Shown here in pieces: positions 38,935 to 54,901 of a stretch of DNA of 64,000 nt; the stretch's first letter is position 1; every line of letters starts with the position of its first letter. The position numbers were made by a program, and so were the translations under genes. The notes beneath the pieces were generated by a model. That model saw only the letters and a program-made list of their open reading frames with translations, searched no databases and was not told the DNA's origin. The stretch is from Octopus vulgaris. Lineage: Eukaryota. Location of the stretch: positions 224,192,001-224,256,000 of the forward strand of contig OX597814.1 in the NCBI GenBank assembly GCA_951406725.2, given 5' to 3'.

Positions 38935-39672
38935 TTTTCCTTGTACCATTGTATTGGAATGAGTTGAAGGATGGTGACCCCTTCAAAAATAAATAAAAAA
39001 TAAAATAAAAAATGAAAAACAGCTGTGCTTTGGTCATCACAGAAAGTCTTTTTGCTTTCTTTCTATCCCTCTGTTTTTTCTTCTTTCCTTTTTCCTTCCT
39101 TTTCCTCCTTTCTTTCTTTTTCACCTCTTTGAGGTTATATTTGGAATACATCCCTTCCAAACATTCATTTTGGGAGGGAACTTTTTGATAAAGTGTAGTT
39201 ATGTATATATAGGTATATATATATATATATATATACATACACACATACATACATAGATATATGTAAAGCTAGAACATACGTATATATATGTATGTGTGTG
39301 TATATATATATATATTTGTTTTCCTTTATTTACTGATTGATTTTTCAAATTGTTAATCTGCAAATATTTTACTAATGTATTTTTTGGGAGAATTACACTT
39401 TATCAAAAAATTCCCTCCAAAACTGAATGTTTGGAAGCGGTATATTCTAAATATAACTCAAAGAGGAGAAAAAGAAAGAAAGGGGGAAAACGGAAGGAAA
39501 AAGGAAAGAAGAAAACGAAAGAAGAAGAAAAAAAAAACAGAGGAATAGAAAGAAAGCAAAATGACTTTCTGTGATGACCAAACCACAGCTGCTTTTTATT
39601 TTGAATTTTATTTTTATTTATTTCTTGAAGAGGTCATCCTTAAACTCATTACAATACAATAGTAAAAGGAAA
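38935..39672. repeat. ~265-bp inverted duplication with a ~200-bp spacer
   Basis: 38935-39197 is an imperfect reverse complement of 39395-39672. Confidence 0.85.
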
Positions 39673-39769
39673 AAATAATTAAATAAAAAAATGGTGCATA
39701 GGAAGGTGGATACTCTTTCTTGCTCTCTCTCTTACCCTCTATCCATCTGTCTATCTGTGTGACAGACTG

Positions 39770-39883
<114 letters not shown>

Positions 39884-40034
39884 AGCTGGTGTACTTACCT
39901 GTACATTCACAGAATTGTATTTTACAAGTTCTAGAGAGGAACGAAAGCACTAATAATAATGAAGAAATAAAAGGATTTTTTCCAAAATTCTGACGATTTT
40001 TTTTTCAATATTCAATTCTGTACATCACACCAAA

Positions 40035-40081
<47 letters not shown>

Positions 40082-40258
40082 TAGATAGATATATAGATAT
40101 ATAGATAGATAGATAGATATATGCACACACTACAAACAAAACACACACGCACACAACATATGCATATACACACACATATGATTCAAACTGCCAATCAACC
40201 ACCCTTCTACTGCCCATTCCTCGACGCACATGTGAAACGTTGGCGATTTCTTCTTCCG

Positions 40259-40294
40259 TCTTCCAAAGAAGAGCGTCTGCTCGAAACGTTAAGC
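40259..40294 (+). ncRNA. Degraded hammerhead, extra-A family
   Basis: CCAAAGA-A-GAGC-GTCT-GCTC-GAAAC-GTT-AAGC; the CUGA box is mutated. Confidence 0.35.
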
Positions 40295-40324
40295 CAACTT
40301 TCTTTCGTACCCTGAGCGTCTGCT

Positions 40325-40576
<252 letters not shown>

Positions 40577-40579
40577 CTT

Positions 40580-40795
40580 AGGCGGTTAGCTGGCTGAATC
40601 GTTAGCATGTCAGGCGAAATGGATGGCGGCATTTTGTCTGTTTTACGTTGTGAGTTCGAATGCCTGCATGGTCGACTTTGCCCTTTCATCCTTTCAGGGT
40701 CAATAAAATTAGTACCAGTTGAGCACTGGTGTCAATTTAATCGATTTAGCCCCTTCCCGAATTTGCTGGTCTTGTGCCAAAATTTGAAGCCAGTA
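40580..40795 (+). mobile_element. SINE family A
   Basis: Homology to other copies. Confidence 0.8.
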
Positions 40796-42385
40796 TATAA
40801 ATATGTGTGTGTGCGTGTAAAACTGGAGTAAATTCTGCCATTCTAGAAGTTATCATTTTCACCAAATTTCAATGGTCAAGCTTGTTAGCATCTCATTCAT
40901 TAAAAACAAACGAAAAAACGCCATAAACAACAAAAAAAAAAAAAACACAAAATCCTTTGAATAATGAAAACTGTTGTCCTAGCATCTCTTAAGCGTAAGG
41001 TTCTTATAATTATTCAATTAACTGTTTACTCCTCAACTTGCTATTATGTTTAATTGAAGATGGCTTATATTTTGAAGTACCTAATTATATTAGTGATACA
41101 AGTTTAAAGAATCCTTGAAAAACCTCTATTCATGTTTGGTCTACAGACTATATTTTGTCGTTAAGGCATCAACATATTTGAAGTAATAGAAAATAGTTTA
41201 ATTATGTTTAGTAATTAATCAACTTACTCGGATATAATTCTGTCTTTTACTTTCTTCAGTCACTGGACTACGGCTATGCTGGGACTGCTATCCTCCAGGG
41301 TTACGCCCTTTCCATTTTGTCTGCTGGTACCAAAAGAAATGTTTCTATATTGTGAGGGGCAAGATTCTTCGTTAATCACTCTGCTTTGACTTAAATAACC
41401 CTTTTATTACCATCGTAAGGGCTCTTTCTTACTTAGAAATCCAGCATTATCTTCTATTTCTTGTTTTTGCATAGGTATTTATAAACTTTATCAATATTTA
41501 TTTCTGTTTGACTTATTTTAGCCATCCGTATTTGTTGAACCCTACAGTTATGAGAAATAAATAAGATCAATATAAACAAGAGCACCGGTTTTTTTTAGAC
41601 CCTGTAAGCATGAGCACAAACGTACACATTCGTATACATCACCATCTGTGTATCATACTGGATTTCTGTACACCGTTAGAAAGCATGATGCTATGGAACT
41701 GTCCGTGACAAATGCTGTTTCAATTGCTTACACTGATATTTCCCTTGTCTACAGCCCGGCAAGCTTCTCCTATACCAGTGACTGTTTTATTCACTGTTTC
41801 CTCTATACCGAGACGCGGTATATTTCGTTCAAACAAGTGACCATCGCGTGAACACCATTCACAAGGTTCAAAAGACGGCGAAACATGGTTCGCCATTCTC
41901 GAGAGTCAACGAAGCAACGGTGTCTCACTTCAGTATATTTCGTTTTGAACACATGTATTATGAAAAAAAAACCGGTATTCTTCCTAACTAAATATAAAGG
42001 AAGTATAAAGGAAATATGAGATATGATTGACAAAAAACTAGAGATTATGTATGAATAGAGTTGTATTTTCCGTATGAGTGTGTCTGTGTCTGTGTGTGTG
42101 TGAGAGAGAGTGTGTGTGCGTGTGTGACTGTGTGTATAAGAGAGGGAGAGACAGCGCGTGTGTGTGTGTGTCTGTGTGTGTGTGTGTGAGAGAGAGACTG
42201 TGTGTGCGAGTGAGTGTGTGTATATATGTATATGAAGGAACAACATAAAGCTCACTATAGCGGTTTCAGTCTGCGCATGTTACTATAGCAGCACCAGTCT
42301 GCGCATGGCACCATCCTCTTTGCCCCTACCTCCTTCTTCACCCACACATCTGATCAATAACTTTTCCATCTGTTGCTTTTTCTAA

Positions 42386-42423
42386 ATGTCCTGAAGAAAG
42401 GGTTATAACCCTGAAATATAGTT
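42386..42423 (+). ncRNA. Partial hammerhead-like motif
   Basis: CTGAAGA-A-AGGGTT-AT-AACCCT-GAAA-TATAGTT; stem I not evident. Confidence 0.4.
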
Positions 42424-42487
42424 TTCCTTTTGTAATTTTCTATTTACTTTTTACCTTCTCGCATTGTTCCGGCCTTACACAACAAAA

Positions 42488-42558
<71 letters not shown>

Positions 42559-42738
42559 CATACATACATATAAATATAAATAATATATATATATATACTT
42601 TATTTAAAGCAACAGAAAATTCAACAGGTTTTGTTGAATTTCTTGAATTTTCTGCTGCTTTAAATAAAGCATATTACTCTATCACTGGTATTTGAGTACT
42701 CTTTTTTCCACCTTGTTTTACACTTATGTGCTTACTCC

Positions 42739-42799
<61 letters not shown>

Positions 42800-42943
42800 C
42801 TTATAAATAAGGGCAAACGAAAAAATTTCTAATGCCAAATATGCCGAAGTTGGACATATTGTCCATAACCATATAATTTTTCACAATACGCACGCTACTC
42901 GGAAAAAGCCGACAGAAATTTCTAAACAATTCCATTATTACCA

Positions 42944-42996
42944 TATCGGATCGATTTCAGGGTTAGTTCGTAAGAACTCTCCCTTCGTCAGTGATA
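42944..42996 (-). ncRNA. Type I hammerhead motif in a short element at 42798-43028
   Basis: Minus strand TATCA-CTGACGA-AGGG..AGTTC-TTAC-GAACT..CCCT-GAAA-TCGA-TC^CGATA; palindromic ATCGAT stem III. Confidence 0.7.
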
Positions 42997-43026
42997 AATG
43001 TGGCAAAGAAATAAATGAGATACTTA

Positions 43027-43057
<31 letters not shown>

Positions 43058-44385
43058 TGTATGTATGTATGTATGTATGTATGTATGTATGTATGTATGT
43101 ATGTATGTATGTGTGTATGTATGTATGTATGTATGTATGTATGTATGTATGTATGTATGTATGTGTGTGTGTATGTATGTGTGTATGTATGTATGTATGT
43201 ATATAACCGCCTCTTTGTAGACTGAAAAATATGATGAACAACATTAATCGATTTTAGAATCTTGTTGGATTCGCATCAGAGATATTTACATCGTTCTGAC
43301 CAACCAAAACTAGAGAAATAAGCAGCCATTCTATTTTTATATTCAATAAATGCAATCCAGTAGTTAGAGAGAGCTGGGGCCACTAATTTGCATATTAAAT
43401 GTGTTTAATATTTTGTTTAATATCATTGACCTCTCAACTGGGATCCCAATCCATACCGGAGCAAGTGATGATATGATACATGTAACCTATGCAGTAGATA
43501 TATGAACCTGGAAAATTGAACTACTGATACATTCAAAGGTCATACAAGTATTGTTTTAAGCGAAAATTGTTCTTGTATTTCACATCCAGTTTATGTGAGG
43601 ATGCAGAGGGGCTGGCACGAGACTACCAGCCATAGGAAGGATCGGTGGACCTGGTCGGCTCTAAGCATGGTGACATCTCTGGGACCACTACCCTGAGATG
43701 ACTCCAACCCCACCAAGCAAAAGCATGAAGCAACAAGCAGTTTGTGTGAGGGATATAATTTACTCACCTGCCATACATATCGAAGACCTTGTTAAGGTAC
43801 ACGATGTTTTATTTATCACACCGTATTTTAAGTATTTAAGTATCCCAAAGGAATTCTCCGTAAATTTGATTATATACCACAGTACGTGCCTCTTGGGAGT
43901 GGTACAGGTGCCAACAAATTTGTCTGGTTAGAAATATTCAGTGGAACTAAGACTACTGAGCTGACCCTAATCGACAATGTACGCAGTGACCTCATAATAA
44001 ACCTTTGGCGCTTCGAAGGATTATTATTTGATTACACGTTCATGGTCAGGAATGACAACTATTTGATAACAAATGAACAACTTACTTCAACCTTGTATTT
44101 TCTGAACATTTTACGAACAATCGACCACTTGCTCCAACTACATACGCGCTTCACGTTGGTAATCACGCAAGCCCGCGCACACACATTCACGTCTATGTAT
44201 ACGAGTATATGCGTATGCATGTATAAAGGACTGTAAGTCAATGACTCTTTTGATAATTATTGTCCACTTTAATGATCAGATGTTTACAATCGTTAGATTT
44301 GAAAATATCTAATCATTATAGTGCAAAAAAGAAAGAAAAAAATCAAGAAAGTCATTCGTATTCACTTTTCCAAATAAACACTTCT

Positions 44386-44463
<78 letters not shown>

Positions 44464-45793
44464 GTGCAGCTTTGTTATTAGAATTTAGTCAATAACAATA
44501 ACGGTATGTATGTATGTATGTATGTATGTATGTATGTATGTATGTATGTATGCATGCATTCTTCAGTATAGAAAGAAATTGTGAGAACAACTCGCGCAAA
44601 TTTCATCCAATTTTATATGTGTATGTATATATTTCTGTGTGTGTGTGTGTGCGTATGTGCGTGCCTGTGTATATGTCAATTAATGATATCATTCACTGTA
44701 CTTCATATAAGATAGCTGTGTGTAAAATAGGCCTGAGATCTGAGAATGGTTTCTATGATAGACCGGTGCTGGAGTCTCAGTAAAAAATTCATATCGCATA
44801 TCAAAAAGGCAGCAATAGAATGTGGGACAAGCTAAATAACAGCATTGAAAAATCCCCTACAACTTATACACATGGACAATATGAAGGTATCTGGTCTGAT
44901 AAAATAAAGCTTCACGAACGAATATATAAATGTCCTATTTCAAGTGCCAGCAATTTGAGTTGACTATAACAATGAACCCATTGAAAAACCCCCGCAATAT
45001 GAATGAATAATTGTCTGTTATGTATATATAACTTTTGCTTTGTCAAGAAAGTGACACCGGATGAGAATGAAGATTACATTAGCGAACGCTCTTCTCTTCC
45101 CACTGCCCAACAATCTGAGAAATTATTCTTGGTTGTGTCTTTATGAGCCAGAACTGCATATCATTTACAGTTCATACATTTTTAAGATTTTGTCTCTCTC
45201 GTTTATTGCTATGTCTATTGTCTAGTTATATGCGCTGCAGAAGTAGTTTCTTCAAAACAACGGAATACGCCCATATACTCTGCCATATAAGATTCTCTAG
45301 TAATCATTAGCAAGTCATTATTTTTAAAGACATAACCGTACAAACATTCATACATACATTTACGTACAAATTCATCACATTATTGACGTACATGTATTAA
45401 TTAAATATTTACATTATCATACAAAGATACATACCCATAACAAATACACCCTTCCTACGCATGAACTATACACATCGTTCTTTTTCTTATTGTTTCGTCA
45501 AAGAACGAAATACAGTGCTCACAAGTCCTTCGTCTTTGCTGGGGTCTCTGAAACTTGCAGGGGAAAAGATGAAAGCTATTTTCCAACTAAAGACATGTTC
45601 CAAATAACTGCAATAGAGAGAACTCCGCTGAAGGCACCCAAGAACCAGACGTTGGTGTTAAACCGGGATATAACCCCGGCAATAGATTTCATGTGTCAAC
45701 CGCCCAAGAACTCAGATAAAAAAGGGCAAGATTAAATACAAGATAACTCGTTCGGCGTAAGGAATCTCATCTGAAAGTTTTCGTCAATCTGCT

Positions 45794-45992
45794 CTTTTAC
45801 TCTTTTACTTGTTTCAGTCATTTGACTGTGGCCATGCTGGAGCACCGCCTTTAGTCGAGCAATTCGACCCCGGGACTTATTCTCTGTAAGCCTAGTACTT
45901 ATTCTGTCGGTCTCTTTTGCCGAACCGCTAGGTTACGGGGACGTAAACACACCAGCATCGGTTGTTAAGCGATGTTGGGGGGACAAATACAG

Positions 45993-46055
<63 letters not shown>

Positions 46056-46224
46056 CATACATACGACGGGCTTCTTTCAGTTTCCGTCAATCAAATCCAC
46101 TCACAAGGCTTTGGTCGGCCCGAGGCTATAGTAGAAGACACTTGCCCAAGGTGCCACGCAGTGGGACTGAACCTGGAACCATGTGGTTGGTAAGCAAGCT
46201 ACTTACCACACAGTCACTCCTACG
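45794..46224 (-). mobile_element. Full-length SINE family C
   Basis: Homology to 37682-38100. Confidence 0.92.
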
Positions 46225-46561
46225 CTGTGGAAGAAAAGTGCGAAAATTTCAAAACTTGGTTGCTTTTCACGAAGGAGCTTGAGAAAGAAAATTCCCGAAA
46301 CTTTTGTATTATTTTCATATAAGAACTGAAAAAGTATTAAGAAGAGCAACACCACAAATGCTCCAAGATGATTCGGTTACAAAACTGAAATATGCGTCTG
46401 GTTCAGCAGTTCTCAAAAAAAAAAAACATCACCCATTACTTCGCGACGTCTGTTAGTTGGTAGATTTTAATCAATAGTTCTCTTGGCATTCATGAAAAGC
46501 TCCCTTTCACAAAGAAAGTTAAATAACACTTACGGACTTCGGTCATGTGATATTGAAGATT

Positions 46562-46617
<56 letters not shown>

Positions 46618-47286
46618 TGAACTTTTCAAATATACAGAGCTTGCAGGCTCATGGTCCATTGAAATAGGAAGCGATATTATCAACGATTGCCTATTTTACT
46701 GGATAGTGTTCAGAACCTTGTTTTCCGAGTTTCAAGAGAAATTGATATAGGGATTTGGAACTTTTCTGTTCTTTGAATTAAATGGGTGTAGATGTTGGTA
46801 ATACTTGCTTTTGGAGGTTCCTGCAGGAAAGCCCATGCATTTGAAACTTCTTGGTTTTTAATGTCAAATTTTTCATAAATTCTTCCATTGAAGCAAGTGA
46901 CTCTCACATTCATATAAGTTCCAGTTTCTGGTTCAGAGACAGGGTTAAACGCTTCTTTAAATTATTACACTTCCTTGTATCCACGACGTAAAATACATGC
47001 CGGAATGTTGTCTCATCACTGGAATATTAACAAAAATTGCCAGGCAGCGCAGGTTTGAATAGTGGCCATTGTCATTTGTGCATTATGCTACTGTACTGAC
47101 TCTAATATTCTGGCATTAGCATTACTCAAAATAACACATACAAACTTTGGTCTACTTTGACCTGACTGGTCTTTGTTTCTGAGTATATTTTATTTAATTT
47201 GAAAACAATTTACCTCAGATTATATCAAAATACTGAAAGAACCGAATTATTATAAAGAAAATCAATTACTAACTTTTCAACGGTCT

Positions 47287-47356
<70 letters not shown>

Positions 47357-47857
47357 TTCCCGCTTCAGAAACGCAGTGTTTATTTGATGAATATAAATAA
47401 ACAGAAACAGACTAATAATCCGAATAATAAGATGCTAATTAGTCATAGGGAAGGTTTGAATGCTAGAAGAAAAGGGGTGGGGTATTCAATTAGGGAGGTA
47501 CGTAAAAGCGAATAATAAACAGGTTGTTTACAAGTGAATAGTTGCTCATCTTTGGTCCATATTTTGTGACTACTATTATTTAACATCCACCTAGCGCTAG
47601 TTGTAGGGTGTACAGTACCGTCTCGGAGCAACTGTTACAATATTTTAAACATAGAACTAAAAACTTACACTCCCAATACGACTCATGTTTATATAATTGA
47701 GCGAGCTTAATATTTAGGATCTATGGACTATTTTGGTGGGTGTGCAACATACTTATACCACACTCTGTATATACATAGCTAATTATCTCTTTAACTCAAA
47801 TTTCGAACTTTTTGGTATTTTGCATACTAGTGAGCTTGATGCCACTGTTCCCATATA

Positions 47858-48355
47858 TTGTAAATCCTCGTAAAGTCCACCCTTGAGTATAATACAGGGG
47901 ATTTTTAGGGGGCTGTACCTCTGAGAAACCTAAACCTTGTGTATAATACGCACCCCATTCTCTAACTTGAGACAAGGAGGTCTATATAACGTCCTTGGTT
48001 TGTAAAAATGTATACGGTAGCGTTCTTTATTATTATTGTATATATAACATAATGCAAACGTGTAGCTTTTTTTGTGCATTTTGTTTGCAGAAAATAAAGA
48101 AATAACAGTAATAATGTTTAATAAATATTGCTTATTGCAAGTTATGGATGATTCTTTTAGGACTTCATTGCTTTCAGGCTTAGCTTAAGGTATTTTCACG
48201 CCCGAATCACAAAATGCGTCTGAATAAACATTGCCGGACAGCAAATAGAGACTCGGACATTCCTTAGAAAGTATTTTTCATTTTTAATCTCGTATATAGT
48301 ACGCACTAAGGATTTTGAACTTTAAATTTTGAGAACAAATATGCGGATTATACGG
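47858..48355. mobile_element. pogo/Tc2-type MITE, sister of 30022-30738, without the SINE insert
   Basis: Colinear internal sequence, eroded TIRs. Confidence 0.85.
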
Positions 48356-48364
48356 TACTTTCTT

Positions 48365-48880
48365 TTTCAAGATGTAGGTTCGTCCAGGATCTTACCGACT
48401 AGAATGTTCAAACATTATTGAGATGCCTTGGTTTCGAATCAGTGTATATCATTGTATTATCTTGGTGGGAAAACGCTGACTAGCTGCGTTCATTTAAACT
48501 CGAAGCTATTGCATTATTTATCTATAATTTAGGCTAGATTAATTACATCGGACACAGTTTTAATTCGGATGTTGTGTGTTAGTGTTTCCAAGATCTTCCA
48601 GATATAAACTACAAATATATCATAACCTTTCCACTGAAGAGAGTGTAAAGCAATGTTCTTTACATAAACTCATAACACTTTTGAGCTTGATATTGTGATT
48701 TGATCACAACTGAGAACAACAATAATCCACATGATTGAGAACAAATGTGTTCAGCAAGACCAGCATAAGTTTTTATTTTAAATGTTCTCAGGATACATTC
48801 TGACTGTCGCCTGCACGGTATTGCCATTTTAGTATTATATGCGTAAAACGATGCGTTACTGCTCGTTATAATCCCCCGAT
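48365..48880 (-). pseudogene. Degraded CR1-type LINE 3' region
   Basis: CRRQSECILRTFK and ..ILDEP, matching the CR1 fragments at 27700 and 56425. Confidence 0.55.
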
Positions 48881-49217
48881 CTGGCGCATATTCTGACACT
48901 TGGTAATACAATCTCTCCTCTGCATATGTATCTAGGTTGCAATAAGGCCGATACAGAAATACTTGAGCTTTCCTGCATGAATTTGCAACTTGTTTTCATA
49001 AGCCAACACGCATTTGGCAGTGAGGTTTATTGATGTGAGGTTTATTCATGGATGCTTTGAAACAAGAGTTCATCGTCCCCATTTTTGCTAAAGTAGTTAT
49101 TTGCACTGTTCATCATTCTGCTATATACACGGTCAAAGTCATCAGGACCGCTGTGCCAGACAATTCGCAGTTTATCTCTTTGTTTTCATGATGTGTTCAT
49201 ACTGTTTTCATGCTGCT

Positions 49218-49347
49218 TTCTTCTTCTTCTTCTTCTTCTTCTTCTTCTTCTTCTTCTTCTTCTTCTTCTTCTTCTTCTTCTTCTTCTTCTTCTTCTTCTT
49301 CTTCTTCTTCTTCTTCTTCTTCTTCTTCTTCTTCTTCTTCTTCTTCT
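49218..49347. repeat. (TTC)n trinucleotide repeat
   Basis: Direct reading. Confidence 0.95.
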
Positions 49348-49589
49348 TTTTTTCTTTCTTTTTTTTTTGTAGGCACCACCCAGTAGCTCACTGGAAAATT
49401 ATTTTGCAGAAGTCCATACCCGAAGGGAAAGACAAAGAATATCTATTTCTCAATTCCATTTTGTCAATACTCTTTGAATCGCATGAGAGAAATTGAATAA
49501 CTAAAATGATTGAAAATACCGATTGAAAAGGTATTTTTTAAAAAATGAAAAATGCAGCTGAGTAATGCATACTGAGACAGACTCAATTT

Positions 49590-51080
<1,491 letters not shown>

Positions 51081-51586
51081 AAACAGCTTCTAAGAAACTT
51101 GATTCATCAGAAATTTATCTCTTAACTGAAGTCTAAAATATATTCAAGATGTTTACATTTTCTAAGGCTTTTTCAAGTTTTGAGACTTTAGAACACCAGC
51201 ATAAATGATATGCATTATTAAATTTCACTTAACCCCGTTTTTATTCGTAATATCGTGTGAGTCTGACTGCGTTGTTCATTGTTATTGTGTCAATAACATC
51301 CGCCCCAAATAGGTACTGGAATAGTCTCATTTGATCTATAAGCTCTTGGAATGCATTAAGATTTGTGGACAGTAAAAGATGCAATGCTTGAAAGGTGCAA
51401 CCGTCATTCGCAAGCAAATATGAATGATAACTAGTGCCACGCTTTTCTTAGTTCTTTTTTCTCTTTTTTATTAGATGCCTCTGTCGTCGCTAACAAAGAA
51501 TGGAAACCCTTGATAGAGGAACTTCGAGGATATGACAGCTGGGAGAGGAGAAGTGCTAGTAAAAAGTTCTGTTAGCATCTATAATA

Positions 51587-52104
51587 CAGGGTTTTCCAGA
51601 ATTAGCTACTTCAGAGAAATCAGACAAGTTTTTAAACACTTACTTTTATTCATGTTTATCAAGTTTAATATATGTTAAAAGTATATAGATTTAAATTTTG
51701 TTTTATAATTTTATAAATTTTCATAATTTTATAATTTTTAAAAATAATTTTATTCTCATTCCTGTTGGATCCCGCTTATCTGTCTTCGACAGCATTTTTT
51801 CAATTTGGCTGCAGTCATTTTCTCTACCTTCATCCTGAGGACGGGGCAATAGTTTAGCTGAACTTAGAGAACGAATTCAGTTAACAGTGCTTCAAAATGT
51901 GTTTTGCAACACTAAAAAATCGATTTGAAATTTGCAGGGATACAGACGGAACACATGATTAAAATTTTAATAAAGTTTTGACGCAAAATTTATAAATATA
52001 TTTGTTTTAGCATTATAATTAAGTAATAAACATAAATCTCAGTCAGCTTTCTTTTTTATTTGCCCAGTTTCTTTAAAATAGATAATTAATTCTGGGGCAC
52101 CCTG
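51587..52104. mobile_element. Tc1/mariner-type MITE
   Basis: TA|CAGGGTTTTCCAGAATTA ... TAATTCTGGGGCACCCTG|TA. Confidence 0.6.
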
Positions 52105-52460
52105 TAGAATATTGAAGTTTTCCACATTTTAATATTCATCGTAGTTTGATTCAGCTGCATTATAATCCATGATACGAAGCTGAAATTTGAAAAGTCTGTC
52201 ATGCAGAATTTTTTGTAGAGGGGCCATGCTAATACATAAATTCTATAAAGATACAAAATAATATAACGGATTTTACATATGAATATTATGGATTATTGCA
52301 GAAGAACAACCAAGGAAGTATATATGGATTTAATGACTCTCATCAAAAGCAGTAAATTTTAATTCTTAATTTATCTTTCAAACAAACACCTTTTTATAGT
52401 TTTTCTTCAAATTTTAAAAAAAAACTACCATTCGATATGTTATACAGAATTCAAATTTTA

Positions 52461-52552
52461 TATCTCTGAAGAGCAGAAGAGTTGTCTATAAATGCTTATC
52501 AATATAGGATTTCAGTATAGAGACAACTCTTCTGCGAAACGGTCGTAAGATG
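52461..52552 (+). ncRNA. Type I hammerhead ribozyme with a 15-bp perfect stem II
   Basis: TATCT-CTGAAGA-GCAGAAGAGTTGTCT...AGACAACTCTTCTGC-GAAAC-GGTC-GTA^AGATG. Confidence 0.85.
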
Positions 52553-52727
52553 CTTTAAATAATTAATTCAAAACTTTAAACTGTCATATACATTATATAT
52601 TTATGCTTATACATATTTACATATATTTTTATACATATTTATATTTATTTATTTATATATTTTTAATACAACAATTATTTTTCACATGTGTATATCTTTC
52701 TGGGGAGTTTTAATGTTGATTTCCTAA

Positions 52728-53139
52728 TACTCTTTACTCTTTTACTTGTTTCAGTCATTTGACTGCGGCCATGCTGGAGCACCGTCTTTAATCGAACAAC
52801 TCGACCCCAGGACTTATTCTTTTGTAAGCCCAGTACTTATTCTATCGGTCTCTTTTGCCGAACCGCTAAGTAACGGGGACGTAAACACACCAGCATCGGT
52901 TGTCAAGCAATGCTAGGGGAACAAACACAGACACACAAACATACACACACACACATATATATATATATACATATATACGATGGGCTTCTTTCAGTTTCCG
53001 TCTACCAAATCCACTCACAAGGCTTTGGTCGGCCCGAGGCTATAGTAGAAGACACTTGCCCAAGGTGCCACGCAGTGGGACTGAACCCGGAACCATGTGG
53101 TTGGTAAGCAAGCTACTTACCACACAGCCACTCCCGCGC
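52728..53139 (-). mobile_element. Full-length SINE family C
   Basis: Homology to 25107-25572. Confidence 0.92.
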
Positions 53140-54277
53140 CTAATATTAATAATAATATATTATTAAAATATATATATATATTGCAAAGCTGAAATTTGAA
53201 AGCCTGTCATACAGAAACTTTTGTTGAATGGCCATGCTAATACATAAACTCTACCACTGTAAGTTCACAGCTCATCATGATTATCGAATTAAGTTTCTTG
53301 TGCTCGAAATAAGCTTAATTTTTCCGAAATATATCGTCAGCGTTACGAAGTGTTTATCATGCTAAATAGGTTAGAAACATTTTTTCAACCGTCTGGCTAG
53401 GATTCTCTATTTCTGCGCAATCTCTCGAAACATAGTTGACATTTTCAACTTTTATTAACTGATAAATTAAGCCACACCTTATGAACAGAGCTGTAATGAT
53501 AAACAAAGCAGTCAGCTCAACAAGAACGCTTCCAACGGATAGTATAATCTAATTATTCCTAATTTTATCAACATCGTTTGAAAAATAATTACTTAATGTA
53601 TATATATAAATAATGATAAATTGATGAGATGTAATTGTTCAATTGTTATGTATGTGTGAGATGAAAGAGATAGCTGGACGTAATGAAAGCACAATGGAAT
53701 TCGCTTCCTATCATTTTTCTACTAATATCTAAATGATAACGAAAGAGGTTGAGTAGTAGATAAGAATATTTGCATTTTTCCTCTTGTAAAATGTTTGCTA
53801 TTTTGGATACAGTTTACAATTTGTTCTCTTTATATCTATTTTATGGAAGAATTTTTTTTTATAGTACAGGAATTGTTCACGTTACAGAAGCATTGCGTTC
53901 ATGAACATTTTGACGTAACGCGAGGTCCTGCAATACAAAACATAATTTGCCATTGATTTCCTTGATCATTGACTTCCATATTATAAGGAATTCAATAGTA
54001 AAATAGGTTTCGCTCTATAAAGCCCCACGTTACGGTGATATTTTCAGAACAGCAACACTTTCGGTACACGATGGTTGTTATTATACTTATTTAGAAGTGT
54101 ATCTTCGGCGAAGAAGTTGTCTTTCACGCTAGTAATATTTTGATTGGTTAAGACGAAACCAGGAGCTGACTGACGTACAGTAGAATTATTCTATCACGTG
54201 ACCAAGTACCAGTTCCAATCAACAATTAACGGCTAATCATTGTCACAACGGTAACAAACAATATTGTTGGGCGGTAA

Positions 54278-54507
54278 GGCGGCGAGCTGACAGAAAGGTT
54301 AGCACGCTGGGCGAAATGCTTAGTGGTATTTCGTCTGCGTTACGTTGTGAGTTCAAATTCTGCCGAGGCCGACTTTGCCTTTCATCCTTTCGGGGTCGAT
54401 AAATTAAGTACCAGTTACGCACTGGGGTCGATGTAATCGACTTAATACCTATGTCTGTCCTTGTTTGTCCCCTCTGTGTTTAGCCCCTTGTGGGTAATAA
54501 AGAAACA
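54278..54507 (+). mobile_element. SINE family A
   Basis: Full head and core; GGTAACAAACA duplicated on both flanks. Confidence 0.9.
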
Positions 54508-54901
54508 GGTAACAAACAGTATTAGACGCTTAGTTTCTGATTCAGAAAGGAGGTCTACATCTTATCTATTGTTAATGTAGTGCTTGTTATGCCATAGAAT
54601 CGACACGCTATTTCCTTTCCTTTTCCTCCCGCTCCGGATGGAAACATTTTAGAAATTAAGCAACTATACTACCCTACTACCAGAAATAGACGGGTGAGGA
54701 GAAAGAATATGATGTGACATGGTGAGTGAATGGTGGAACAGTAATCTATTAACAAAAGTTACGTACGATTTAAAGATAATCTGTTTATTCCGTCACGTTT
54801 TGCTATATCAGATGTTTTATTCGCACATTAAGAGTTATTCAATACTTGGTGCGTATTGAATAACATAAATTGATTGATGACTTTAACAGAAATGTGTAAT
54901 A

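Noticed and set aside
41650-41980. Possible Tc1/mariner catalytic-domain remnant
   Set aside because: Motifs too degraded to call.
43370-45000. Faint RT-like words (LGPL, YAVD, HMDNMK)
   Set aside because: Isolated short matches without colinear support.
46710-47631. Short minus-strand ORFs in unique-looking sequence
   Set aside because: In-frame stops nearby, no clear splice sites or domains; at most decayed TE sequence.
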